A DNA stretch of 64,000 nt. Source: Candidatus Aenigmatarchaeota archaeon. Lineage in GTDB: Archaea; Aenigmatarchaeota; Aenigmatarchaeia; QMZS01. Below the pieces are notes generated by a model. It worked only from the letters and a program-made list of their open reading frames with translations. It made no database searches and was not told the origin of the DNA. Shown in pieces: positions 46,477-55,827 of this stretch. The stretch is from the NCBI GenBank assembly GCA_023134135.1, contig JAGLVB010000003.1, forward strand, positions 16,630 to 80,629, given 5' to 3'. Position 1 is the stretch's first letter, and each line of letters begins with the position of its first letter. The translations under genes and the position numbers were made by a program.

Positions 46477-47369
46477 TTCTTTTTTGAAGGATCATAAATT
46501 GGTTTTCCCAAAGGTCTTAATTTTAAGTTTCCATTTAAAAAAGATTTTATTCTATCTTTAGTTATTTCAACATATTCTTCTTCTTTTTCACTTCCAATTA
46601 CTTTTCTATTATGTTTTAATCCTGCAATTAATGCACTACCTACCCCTGCATAAGGGTCATAAATATAATCACTTTCATTTGTTAATGCCAGAACACATCT
46701 TTCCACTAATTCAACAGGGAATTGGCAAGGGTGTATCGTTTTTTCTGGATGGTTGTTTTTAACATTAGGTATTTCCCATACAGCTTTTTCCCAATCATCA
46801 TAAATTACGTTCCAAAAATCAGAAGGATTTTTGCCTAAAGGGTTACCAGATAATAATCCTTTTTTCTTTCCTTTAAAATATTTTTTGTTTGGGTACTTTG
46901 ATGGGACTCTTACGGGGTCTAAATTGAAAGTATATTTGTCTTCTTTGGTAAACCATAATAGAGTTTCATATCTCCCAGAAAATCTCTTTTTTGCATGCAA
47001 GCCATGTCCAAAGTGCCAAATAATTCTGTTTCTTAATTTTAATCCTAAACTCTTAAAAAATTCATAATAATAAATATCTAAAGGGTAGATTTCTCCTTTT
47101 TTTACATAGTTTCCAACTTGCCAACATAAACTCCCTTCGGGATGCAAAATTCTAACCATTTCTTTAATCAAAGGTTTGTGCCATTCGAGATATTTATTTA
47201 TATCTTGTCTTTTTTCATAAGATTTTCCAACATTATAAGGTGGAGAAGTAATTATAAGTTTTATACTATTTTCCGGAATAGTTTTTATAAAATCTGCTGT
47301 ATCTCCTTTATGTAATATCACTTTTGATTTTTTTGAAAAATTATTAGTTATTTTTATCATTTTAATCAC
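46473..47369 (-). CDS. DNA methyltransferase (beta-class N4-cytosine/N6-adenine, SPPY type)
   Basis: Motif IV SPPY lies N-terminal and motif I DPYAGVGSALIAG C-terminal. This is the beta-class order seen in M.BglII and M.PvuII. Confidence 0.8.
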   Translation of the reverse strand: MIKMIKITNNFSKKSKVILHKGDTADFIKTIPENSIKLIITSPPYNVGKSYEKRQDINKYLEWHKPLIKEMVRILHPEGSLCWQVGNYVKKGEIYPLDIYYYEFFKSLGLKLRNRIIWHFGHGLHAKKRFSGRYETLLWFTKEDKYTFNLDPVRVPSKYPNKKYFKGKKKGLLSGNPLGKNPSDFWNVIYDDWEKAVWEIPNVKNNHPEKTIHPCQFPVELVERCVLALTNESDYIYDPYAGVGSALIAGLKHNRKVIGSEKEEEYVEITKDRIKSFLNGNLKLRPLGKPIYDPSKKN

Positions 47370-47567
47370 CTATTTTATATTTATCTCTTTCTTTAATAGA
47401 TTTTCAATTAAATTGGAGATAGTTATATCTTTATCAATACAATATTTTTTTGTTTCTTTCCATAAATAGGGGTTTATCTTTATGGATGTGGTTTCTTTTT
47501 TATTTTTATCCATGGTATTATATAATTTTAGTAATATATAAAGATTTCTATACTTGAATTTATACAT
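47370..47567 (-). CDS. Small ribbon-helix-helix (CopG/Arc-like) protein immediately upstream of the methyltransferase
   Basis: TSIKINPYLWKETKKYCIDKDITISNLIENLLKKEI has the strand-helix-helix layout of RHH proteins. The likely start is the internal Met (MDKNKKE) at 47513. The stop abuts the MTase start. Confidence 0.45.
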   Translation of the reverse strand: MYKFKYRNLYILLKLYNTMDKNKKETTSIKINPYLWKETKKYCIDKDITISNLIENLLKKEINIK

Positions 47568-47629
47568 TAAACAATAGAAAAGTAAATGCTGAAATTTACT
47601 GTTAAGAATTTATACGAAAAAGCACCCAA

Positions 47630-48193
47630 TTAGAAACACAACCCATTCAAATCATACCCAACAGTTTCCTCTGCAATTTCTCTGAGGATTTCCGGGGGTA
47701 TTATTTCAATAGGTTTATCATACCTCTCAGAAATTGGATTGACCACAATCCTTTCCTCAATTTGACCATCAAAAATATAAGCCTCCCACCCAAAATCTTC
47801 ATAAAATTGTTTAATTGTTTTTGCGGCATCCCGAACCCGAGAATTTCCTTCTATTTGAACAACATCCAAATCAGGTAAACACAATCCTTCTTTGGATTCC
47901 GGATTGAAAAGATAACTCGAAGATTTAAAATTCTCATAAACATCTCCAACTCTTGTCATTGGTTGTTGCGCAAACAAAGTTAATAATAAATTTCTACTGC
48001 CTTTTTGCCCAACAACAAATTCATAATCAGGAGTTTCAACAAAAGGCATATATTTTTCATCAAAAGAAATTAGTTTATCATAATCATCAATAGCCATTTT
48101 AGTGTACTCTCTGGCAACATCTTTTTCTAATTTCCCCGCATAAACCTGCTGGGGACTGCAGAATACAATCAATTCAGACATAATATTCACCAC
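47630..48193 (-). CDS. Hypothetical protein
   Basis: 187-aa acidic ORF upstream of the RHH-MTase pair, with no recognised motif. Confidence 0.4.
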   Translation of the reverse strand: MVNIMSELIVFCSPQQVYAGKLEKDVAREYTKMAIDDYDKLISFDEKYMPFVETPDYEFVVGQKGSRNLLLTLFAQQPMTRVGDVYENFKSSSYLFNPESKEGLCLPDLDVVQIEGNSRVRDAAKTIKQFYEDFGWEAYIFDGQIEERIVVNPISERYDKPIEIIPPEILREIAEETVGYDLNGLCF

Positions 48194-48251
48194 TAAATAT
48201 TAATTTATAAAACGATTTTACCAATTAATATTTCTTCTAATTCACTAAATT

Positions 48252-48944
48252 ATGCCAACACTAAAACAAGAACTCCAAAAACTAAAAAACCCGGAGAAAG
48301 CAAAAGTTTATTTGAGATTTTTCAAAACAGGGAAAGGCGAGTACGGGGAGGGAGATACTTTTCTTGGAGTCACTGTTCCCGAGCAAAGAAAGACAGCAAA
48401 GAAATACATCAATTTATCACTTAAAGAATTGCAGGAATTACTGTCCTCAAACATCCACGAATACAGGGCATGTTCTTTGTTCATACTGATTGACAAATAC
48501 AGGAAATCAGATAAAACAGAAAAGAAAGAAATATTCAATTTTTACTTAAAGAACACAAATAATATCAACAACTGGGATTTGGTTGATATATCAGCCCCCC
48601 ACATTATCGGGGATTACCTCCTAAATAAAGACAGGAAAATTCTATACAAATTAGCAAAATCAAAAAACCTGTGGGAGAAAAGAATTTCAATAATCTCAAC
48701 ATTCACTTTCATAAAAAACAACCAGTTTGAGGATACCCTGAATATTTCCAAAATTCTCCTGAACGACAACCACGATTTAATACATAAATCAGTTGGATGG
48801 ATGCTAAGGGAAATTGGAAAGAGAGACCAGAATACAGAAGAAAAATTCCTTGAAAAACACCACAAAACAATGCCTAGGACAATGTTATGGTATTCAATTG
48901 AAAAATTCGACGAAACCAGAAAAAAATACTATCTTAGAAAATAA
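48252..48944 (+). CDS. DNA alkylation repair protein (AlkC/AlkD-like HEAT-repeat glycosylase)
   Basis: About 230 aa of repeated helical units, including WDLVD and the Trp-containing GWMLRE motif characteristic of the DNA_alkylation family. Confidence 0.6.
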   Translation: MPTLKQELQKLKNPEKAKVYLRFFKTGKGEYGEGDTFLGVTVPEQRKTAKKYINLSLKELQELLSSNIHEYRACSLFILIDKYRKSDKTEKKEIFNFYLKNTNNINNWDLVDISAPHIIGDYLLNKDRKILYKLAKSKNLWEKRISIISTFTFIKNNQFEDTLNISKILLNDNHDLIHKSVGWMLREIGKRDQNTEEKFLEKHHKTMPRTMLWYSIEKFDETRKKYYLRK

Positions 48945-49008
48945 CCGCAAGTTATATCCTGAATGAATGAAGGTTATTGTCATTTAAAGTTTTAATGTTT
49001 CTGATTTT

Positions 49009-49419
49009 ATGGAAGTGTTGCACTTGGCAGGTAGTCTGTTTGACTTAGAAAAAATACCTGAAGAGGTTTATAAGAATTTCCATAATAGGGGCTTTGGCGT
49101 GCCTTTGACCGTACTTAAAGCTTACCAGATTTATCATGAAGCTAACGGCACTACAGAAGATGATTTTACAGATGCACTTCATAAAGTATATACCCAGAAT
49201 TCAGGACCATTTAAAAATTTCAACGAATACTTGTATTACATAGGAAAACCTGAGTTTACAGAGATAATTGAATCCGATGATTCATCCAAAATAAACAAAA
49301 ACAATCCTTATCTTTTAATGTTATCTTTGAGGGAAGAAAATGAAAAAGCAGGGTTAAAAAATGAAGATAATGAATTAGACAGAGGTCTGGAAATCCTTAT
49401 GCGATTGAGAAAATTATAA
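49009..49419 (+). CDS. Hypothetical protein
   Basis: 136-aa ORF with no motif. Confidence 0.35.
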   Translation: MEVLHLAGSLFDLEKIPEEVYKNFHNRGFGVPLTVLKAYQIYHEANGTTEDDFTDALHKVYTQNSGPFKNFNEYLYYIGKPEFTEIIESDDSSKINKNNPYLLMLSLREENEKAGLKNEDNELDRGLEILMRLRKL

Positions 49420-49446
49420 TCTTTACAACTTTTAGGTAATTCTAAA

Positions 49447-50349
49447 TTAGATAACTATCAAATACACTCCAAGCAACATAACAAGACAGGCAATGGCTTT
49501 TTTCAATATATTTTTTTCATGAAATATTTCCCCTCCTATTATTGTTGAAAAAAGAGTTCCTAATTTTTTGATAGGTATTACCAGACTTACATAAACCATG
49601 GATACTGCCTGCAACTGCAGAAGTCTGTAGGACACTGTAAAAACAGCAACAATAAATATCCATTTTCCTGCTTTCATTATTCCGTTTTTTATTCCATAAA
49701 TGCCATTGTGGAACAGATGAATCATTATGATAAAATTTATTGCTATAAAAAACTGCAGAGTTGCTAAATAAGTGACCGGTGTTATAAAACCAAGAGCATA
49801 TTTATCAATTATTGAACTTAAACCATAGAGAAAAACTGAAATAATTATATAGTGTATATATTTTGAGGTTGTAAACTCTTTTATTGTTTTTGCAAAATTG
49901 TTTCTGCCATTATTTGATTCCAATAGATAAGCTCCAATCATGAGTATTACAATTCCCACAATCTGAACTAAAGTAAGTTTTTCCCCGAGAAGTATAAATG
50001 CCAACACAGCCACTACAGCGGGATTGAAATTGAGCAATGGAGATACTATTGAAATATCCATATGCCTCATACTTTTCGCAATTAACAGAAACGCAACACT
50101 TCCGAGAAGCGAGGCGCAATAAATTAAAATAAGCAAATCTATTGAGTTATAAAAGATGCTAAAATCCGCAAAGACTAATAAAGGCAGGGATAAAATACAG
50201 TTGAATATTGCAAGAACTGTGGAAAATTCCATGGCATGCTCTTTGATTAATGTTCTTTTTTCAGTTATTGCGGCAAGTGAAACTACAAAAGCGCAGGCAA
50301 AAGCAAATATATACCACTCCATAAAATAATCATAATTGGTTTTATTCAA
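49447..50349 (-). CDS. EamA/DMT-family transporter
   Basis: Ten helices arranged as two 5-helix EamA repeats. Confidence 0.75.
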   Translation of the reverse strand: MNKTNYDYFMEWYIFAFACAFVVSLAAITEKRTLIKEHAMEFSTVLAIFNCILSLPLLVFADFSIFYNSIDLLILIYCASLLGSVAFLLIAKSMRHMDISIVSPLLNFNPAVVAVLAFILLGEKLTLVQIVGIVILMIGAYLLESNNGRNNFAKTIKEFTTSKYIHYIIISVFLYGLSSIIDKYALGFITPVTYLATLQFFIAINFIIMIHLFHNGIYGIKNGIMKAGKWIFIVAVFTVSYRLLQLQAVSMVYVSLVIPIKKLGTLFSTIIGGEIFHEKNILKKAIACLVMLLGVYLIVI

Positions 50350-50420
50350 AACTAATTTTCACATTTAAGTTTATTTAAACAATTAAAATTGCATATAATC
50401 CATTAAGAAATAAATAATAT

Positions 50421-50702
50421 ATGGTAGACTCGCCATTATCCATTCTATTCCAGATTTTCTATGTAATCTTATCAAATACCATCATAACCATTACCACAGT
50501 TTTCTCATTATTTATAGAACTCATAAATTCTCTGATTTATGGAATTGCTGTTGGGGGTCCTTCAGGGGTTATTCTTGCATTCCTTATCTTAACTCCATTG
50601 GTATATTTTCTCAGTAAATTTGCAGTTGGAAGCGCAAGAACCGCATTAACCGCCCTGCTTACTTTGTTTATATTCTTCTTATTTTTTTCTTTATTTATCT
50701 GA
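50421..50702 (+). CDS. Small membrane protein
   Basis: 93 aa, 3 helices. It overlaps the 3' end of the next gene by 12 bp, so the call is uncertain. Confidence 0.3.
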   Translation: MVDSPLSILFQIFYVILSNTIITITTVFSLFIELINSLIYGIAVGGPSGVILAFLILTPLVYFLSKFAVGSARTALTALLTLFIFFLFFSLFI

Positions 50703-52475
50703 AGGCAAAGTCCTGTTAAGTTTTTCAAGCATATTTTTATCTAATGAATAATCAACAAGATGCAATGATGAAGCATGGTGCGAATAACAGCCCCAGGGAA
50801 TTTTCTTCCCTGTATCTTTCTCAATGTTTTGCAAAATAAAATTCCCCATTGCAAGAGAACCGTGGACATTTGCGGGGAATGCAAACCAATCGTGGGCTCT
50901 TAGATAGGCTGATGGCATAAACAACCAATCATACTTCAAATCATTTTCTTTTTCCACGCTCAAAGAAGGAACCAAAAACCTGCGTGTAACCCCATCCTTA
51001 TCATATTCCCGATAATAGGTTTTCCTGAAAAACGGAACAAACATACAATAACATGGGTTGTGCATTTTTCTTGGGTCAATTGGTTTTAAATCATCCGCAA
51101 CGTGCAACTGCAGGTAAGGTCTGTAAGTCCCGGTAATATTATCTTTAACAATAATGGAACAGGCTTTGGTAATTGCCAGCAATTGATTAAAACTTTGTTT
51201 TTGAATCCCTTTCAAATCATGATAGAAATTCAGGATTGATTTAAAATCAGGAACTTTTTCATAATATTTTTCCTGGAAAGATTTTACCAGTCTGATAATT
51301 CCTTCCTTCTCCTCTCTTTTGCAGGAATCCATTCCCTTTGCGGTAATCCTCGTTCCGTAAGAATAAGATAGATATTTCATGTCCGGAATGGAAGGAACTG
51401 TTTTTTCAAGATTTTCATCAAACACAACATTGCTCCAGGGAACTAAATAGTTCCACACCCCATAAGCTTTCAAATACTGCTTCATTTTTTCATCAGAATT
51501 GACCCATTCTACTGGCTTGTAATTTTTTGGATAAAGACCCTGCTCAAGATTTTCCACAACAATTGTTGTTGCAATCACATCCAGACCCATCCTGTTGCTT
51601 TCCTGTTTTACCCACACCCCGGCTCTTTTTAAAAAATCAACAAGTATTCTATGGGCTTCCTCAACAGTGGAAGCGTAAACCGTGGTTCCTGTTGTTGAAA
51701 ATGCTTCGTAAGGAAGGGACTGCAAATCAACCAAAGAATAAGACAACACCACAGGTTCTTTGTTTTCAGTCCCTTTATCAAACAAAGTGTGGGTAATTTT
51801 TTTTGGGTCTTCAATTTGTTTAAAGAGAGACGAAGGTTTTTCTCCATAGGTCAATTCATAAGCATTACTTGGTTCCTGCAAACAAAGCCGAATTATTAAA
51901 GTTATTAGAGTGGAATCAAAAACCCCAATCAAATCTATAACCACTAACTGTTCCCTAAATCTATTTATTGCTTCCAGACTGAGGTTTGGCAGATAAGGGA
52001 AAGAAGGACACTTTGTCCCAATTACTTTTCTATTTTCATCAACCCCTTTCAATATTAAGTTTTCAATTAAATCACCGGTTAAATGCCCGGAATCTCTTCC
52101 CGCAAGAATCAAAAACCTTATGTTTGGGTTTGAGATTGTGTTTGTTATCAGGAGCTCAACTCCCCTCGGGGTTAAACAGGGTCCTGTTGCGCATACTCCA
52201 GCATAGATTGCATGTTCCTGCAATTCCCTGTCCTGAGCCGGGCATATTAACATAACCGGGTTTGCAACATCCCCAATATCATAAGTTCCCGCATTCTGGG
52301 GCCATTTTATCTCTTCCATTAACTTGTCTCTTGGGTATTTTAGCAGTTTTTGGGCTTTCTTCGGGGTTCTCTTAAACTCAAACTTTCTCCTATCAACAAT
52401 AATTGAGAAATAATCCGGCAAATCATCCAGATTCCTGCCAGAACCGAGAAATTCCCGCAATTCTTTTAGATTCAT
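50691..52475 (-). CDS. Fusion protein: N-terminal MtrA-like domain plus C-terminal thymidylate-synthase (ThyA)-like domain
   Basis: The N-terminal block is GDVANPVMLICPAQ...AGVCATGPCLTPRGVELLITNTISNPNIRFLILAGRDSGHLTG. It parallels the MtrA block GDV..AV.T.GS...AGAACTGPC.TENLGIEK...ISNPNIRYL..G.E..GH.TG, which I am recalling from memory. The C-terminal blocks are NPCYCMFVPFF, matching ThyA PPCHAFFQFYV, and RAHDWFAFPANVHGSLAMGNFIL, matching RS.DVFLGLPFNIASYALL. Confidence 0.55.
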   Translation of the reverse strand: MNLKELREFLGSGRNLDDLPDYFSIIVDRRKFEFKRTPKKAQKLLKYPRDKLMEEIKWPQNAGTYDIGDVANPVMLICPAQDRELQEHAIYAGVCATGPCLTPRGVELLITNTISNPNIRFLILAGRDSGHLTGDLIENLILKGVDENRKVIGTKCPSFPYLPNLSLEAINRFREQLVVIDLIGVFDSTLITLIIRLCLQEPSNAYELTYGEKPSSLFKQIEDPKKITHTLFDKGTENKEPVVLSYSLVDLQSLPYEAFSTTGTTVYASTVEEAHRILVDFLKRAGVWVKQESNRMGLDVIATTIVVENLEQGLYPKNYKPVEWVNSDEKMKQYLKAYGVWNYLVPWSNVVFDENLEKTVPSIPDMKYLSYSYGTRITAKGMDSCKREEKEGIIRLVKSFQEKYYEKVPDFKSILNFYHDLKGIQKQSFNQLLAITKACSIIVKDNITGTYRPYLQLHVADDLKPIDPRKMHNPCYCMFVPFFRKTYYREYDKDGVTRRFLVPSLSVEKENDLKYDWLFMPSAYLRAHDWFAFPANVHGSLAMGNFILQNIEKDTGKKIPWGCYSHHASSLHLVDYSLDKNMLEKLNRTLPSDK

Positions 52476-52541
52476 ATATAATATCCTAAAGAATATTGAA
52501 ATATTCAGAATTTGATAACTATTTAATTTTTATTCTTAATT

Positions 52542-52928
52542 ATGGCAGACTTTATCTACAAGGGGAAAAAGCCAAAAGAGCTTTCAAGAGAGGAATTTGT
52601 AGAGCTATTGCCCTCTGAAATAAGAAGGAAATTTAAGAGAGGTCTTACAGAAGAAGAAAACAAGGTATTAACCGCAGTAGACAAGTTTAAAGAACAAAAA
52701 GGGCGAAAATTTGTTAAAACCCATTGCAGAGACATGATAATTTTACCTGAAATGATAGGGCACAAAATCGGGATTCATAATGGAAAAGAATTTGTTGCAG
52801 TTGATATTACTGATGAACTTGTGGGGCATAGGCTTGGTGAATTCGCATTAACAAGAAAATCACTTCATCACGGTTCTGCTGGTATAGGAGCTTCAAAGGG
52901 AACAAAGTTTAGCGCTTCCAAAAAATAA
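52542..52928 (+). CDS. rps19: Ribosomal protein uS19
   Basis: [26 protein letters not shown]...[12 protein letters not shown] is the uS19 core. Confidence 0.9.
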   Translation: MADFIYKGKKPKELSREEFVELLPSEIRRKFKRGLTEEENKVLTAVDKFKEQKGRKFVKTHCRDMIILPEMIGHKIGIHNGKEFVAVDITDELVGHRLGEFALTRKSLHHGSAGIGASKGTKFSASKK

Positions 52929-52979
52929 TACGGTTCAATTAAATTTAGCACAATTTTAAAACTATAATATTTTTGGAAC

Positions 52980-53651
52980 TTATTTTTTCTGGGATATCGC
53001 ATAATCTAAAGCAAAGTCATCGTAAATTTTACTTCCAAAATCCACTACTTTGTAATCTACAGATTCTAAATCCTGTTTCATATTATAGGGGTTCTCACAT
53101 GTACCGCTAGTGTTTCCGCAAAGACGAGTAATTATGATTTTATTGGCTCCAGTATCGGATAATGCGCCTACAGTAATATTGTCATCCAAACCTAAAGAAT
53201 CAAACCCTCCCGGATTTTTTCCAAATACAGAAGAAGAATTCCCATATAACACATCCATACTCAATACACAATCTGGTGAATATTGAGCCTCAATACCATA
53301 AATCATATCCCAGTTAACTGCTTCAACTCTATCTTCTACACCCAACCTCTTCGCATTCTGTAGAAACATTTCCAAGACTTTAGAATCATTATCCAATCCA
53401 ATTAAATTATCCATATAACCATTTTTCAATAAAAATAATGAATTTATGCCTTGCCCCACACCTACATCAAGAACCGTTTTATATCCTTTTACAAAAGGTC
53501 CTATCAAATCGAAAATGCAAGTTCTTTTAAATCTATCTTCTTTAACATCTGTCTTTCTATTGAAATTATCTAAAATATAATCAAAGGTTGATTTATCTAT
53601 TATATCAAAATAATTGTCATATAGACCGCACCTTAAAATATCATCACCCAT
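52980..53651 (-). CDS. Class I SAM-dependent methyltransferase
   Basis: Motif I is VLDVGVGQGINSL, followed by an acidic motif II LIGLDND. Confidence 0.65.
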   Translation of the reverse strand: MGDDILRCGLYDNYFDIIDKSTFDYILDNFNRKTDVKEDRFKRTCIFDLIGPFVKGYKTVLDVGVGQGINSLFLLKNGYMDNLIGLDNDSKVLEMFLQNAKRLGVEDRVEAVNWDMIYGIEAQYSPDCVLSMDVLYGNSSSVFGKNPGGFDSLGLDDNITVGALSDTGANKIIITRLCGNTSGTCENPYNMKQDLESVDYKVVDFGSKIYDDFALDYAISQKK

Positions 53652-53692
53652 AAATAATCAGATAATAGTTTATTAAGTCTAATTACTCAGCG

Positions 53693-54226
53693 GTGCTAAA
53701 AGTATTTAATTTTTTTAGTATATTTAATATGGGAAATTATCCGGAAAGAGACTGGAGCAATTTTATAGATGATGAAACTAAAAAAGCAATAGGCTCTGCC
53801 ACAATAAACGAAGGAATGGGTGGAATCACATATGCCTTAAAACTTCTAAAAGAAGCTTGGACAGAATGGGGTGAAAAAAACCCTGAATACCCGACAAATA
53901 TTCATAAAGGTTGCGGCGATGCTCGGATGATTTTAGATATAGACTATAAATTTTTAGGCATTAAGAATCTTTCGAATGGCAGGATAAAACCTTTAGTAGA
54001 AGAAGGAATGAATTTTTTACGTAAAAAAGGTGAACTTAAAGGCAGTTACAACCTAAAAAAAGATATAGTAAATTGTGTAGATGAGGTGTTAGTGCCTAAG
54101 AATACTTATACAGGCGAATTATATAAATATAATAAAATGTTGTACTTAATAGTTCCTGAAGACCATCCTTTTCAGAAGAATGTATATATTGACTTAAATA
54201 CATTCTCTTTGTACTCAAAATATTAA
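53693..54226 (+). CDS. Hypothetical protein
   Basis: 177-aa ORF sitting between uS19 and uL22. Confidence 0.35.
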   Translation: MLKVFNFFSIFNMGNYPERDWSNFIDDETKKAIGSATINEGMGGITYALKLLKEAWTEWGEKNPEYPTNIHKGCGDARMILDIDYKFLGIKNLSNGRIKPLVEEGMNFLRKKGELKGSYNLKKDIVNCVDEVLVPKNTYTGELYKYNKMLYLIVPEDHPFQKNVYIDLNTFSLYSKY

Positions 54227-54297
54227 TGATTTTGCCCTTATTTTCGTTCGTGAGATATACCTGAATTTTGCAATAAATCGATACTTATTAATTTTAT

Positions 54298-54996
54298 TTG
54301 AAAAGGTTTATGTATAGCAGAAAAGTTGAGGGGGATAATGTGGCAAAAGCATGCTCAAATAACCTTAGAATATCAGTTAAAAACGCCAAACCAGTGTGCA
54401 AATCAGTAAGAGGTCTTGGGTTGCCTGTAGCAAAACAGTTCCTTGAAGATGTTTTGAAAGCAAAAAGGAACATCGGAGGTCGATATTACCCTAAAACAAC
54501 AAGAGAAGTCCTGAATATAATTTTATCCGCTGAAAAGAATGCGGAGTTTAAGAATCTTGATACAGAGAATATGTACATTCTGCACATAGCGCCTTTGGAA
54601 GGAACGCATATGCACAGGAGAAGGCACAAAAGGAACATAGGTTCAAGAATAAAAGCAGCTCATCTTGAAGTAATTCTTAAAGAACGTGTTGGGAAAAAGG
54701 CAGTTGAATCCAAAACAAAAACCGAAGCTAAAAAAGATGAAATAAAAAAAGATTTAAAAACACAGATAACTAAAGAGATTGAAACTAAAGTGAGAACTCA
54801 GATTGCGGAAGAGAAAAAGACCGAGATAAAAACGCCTGTGGAAAAGAAAGTTGAAGTTAAAGAAAAAACCGAGACAAAAACAGAAGAAAAAACCGAAGTT
54901 AAAAAGGTCGAGACAAAAACAGAAGAATCAAAAGATAATCAGGAAGTGAAAAAAGTTAAAGCGGAAACCAAGAAAAAAATAGAAAACAAAATCTAA
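54298..54996 (+). CDS. rpl22: Ribosomal protein uL22 with a K/E/T-rich repetitive C-terminal extension
   Basis: The uL22 core is AKACSNNLRISVKNAKPVCKSVRGLGLPVAKQFLEDV...GGRYYPKTTREVLNIILSAEKNAE. The last roughly 100 aa are TEIKT/KTETKTEEK repeats. Confidence 0.8.
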   Translation: MKRFMYSRKVEGDNVAKACSNNLRISVKNAKPVCKSVRGLGLPVAKQFLEDVLKAKRNIGGRYYPKTTREVLNIILSAEKNAEFKNLDTENMYILHIAPLEGTHMHRRRHKRNIGSRIKAAHLEVILKERVGKKAVESKTKTEAKKDEIKKDLKTQITKEIETKVRTQIAEEKKTEIKTPVEKKVEVKEKTETKTEEKTEVKKVETKTEESKDNQEVKKVKAETKKKIENKI

Positions 54997-55083
54997 TACT
55001 AAAAATTTCTTAATGAATTATGATTTTACGATAATATTTATCATCTTATTTGCCTGATTAATTTTATTTATCTTTTTACTATA

Positions 55084-55815
55084 ATGTTATTAATATACTG
55101 TTTGCATGGCGATGAAATCATTACAGAAAAAATAGCCAAACAATTAAATAAAAAATATGGAATTAATATCCTGCTGGGAAATCCGGAAGCGAGAAATAAA
55201 CAAATACGATTCTCAGAATCAGACCTTAACCGCAGCTTTAATAAAAGAGGCACTCAGGAATCACAAAGAGCCAAAGAATTGAAACAAATCTTATCCAAAA
55301 GGAATGAAGATATAATCATTGATTTGCACACAACAACAGCAAAGATGCCGCCCATAGGAATCATTACCAATTTAAAACAACTTAAGCTTGCATCGCGATT
55401 AGGGGTGGAGAACCTAATTTTAATGAATGATCGATTTTCAACAGGGGGAAGTTTGATAGAAAATATTCCAAATTCTATTTCCTTGGAAATTTACCCTGAC
55501 AAAAAAAGTATCAAAGATGCAAAGAGAATGATTCTTAACAGCCGAAATCCCGAAATGAAATTAAAGTCCTTTAATATTTACGAGATAATAAGTAGTGTAA
55601 AAATAGAAAGTGTAGAAAAAGATATCACAAATCTACAAGAACTAAATGATGGTCATTACCCGGTTTTTTATGGAGAAAAAGCATACAAAGATATTGCTTA
55701 TTTGAAAGCGAGAAAGAAAGTTATAACCCTTCAAATTAATCAAAAAAAAAAAAAAATAATATATTTAAGTGGAATCAAAAATAAAAACAACCAAATTAAA
55801 CTATATTTAATTTAA
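55084..55815 (+). CDS. Succinylglutamate desuccinylase / aspartoacylase (AstE/AspA) family zinc hydrolase, N-terminally short
   Basis: The first zinc motif HGDE sits at residues 8-11, then the family DLNR motif and the second zinc site DLHT. An in-frame stop lies 60 nt upstream, so no longer N-terminus exists. An A15 homopolymer at 55742-55756 sits near the 3' end. Confidence 0.6.
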   Translation: MLLIYCLHGDEIITEKIAKQLNKKYGINILLGNPEARNKQIRFSESDLNRSFNKRGTQESQRAKELKQILSKRNEDIIIDLHTTTAKMPPIGIITNLKQLKLASRLGVENLILMNDRFSTGGSLIENIPNSISLEIYPDKKSIKDAKRMILNSRNPEMKLKSFNIYEIISSVKIESVEKDITNLQELNDGHYPVFYGEKAYKDIAYLKARKKVITLQINQKKKKIIYLSGIKNKNNQIKLYLI

Positions 55816-55827
55816 TCTAATAATATA

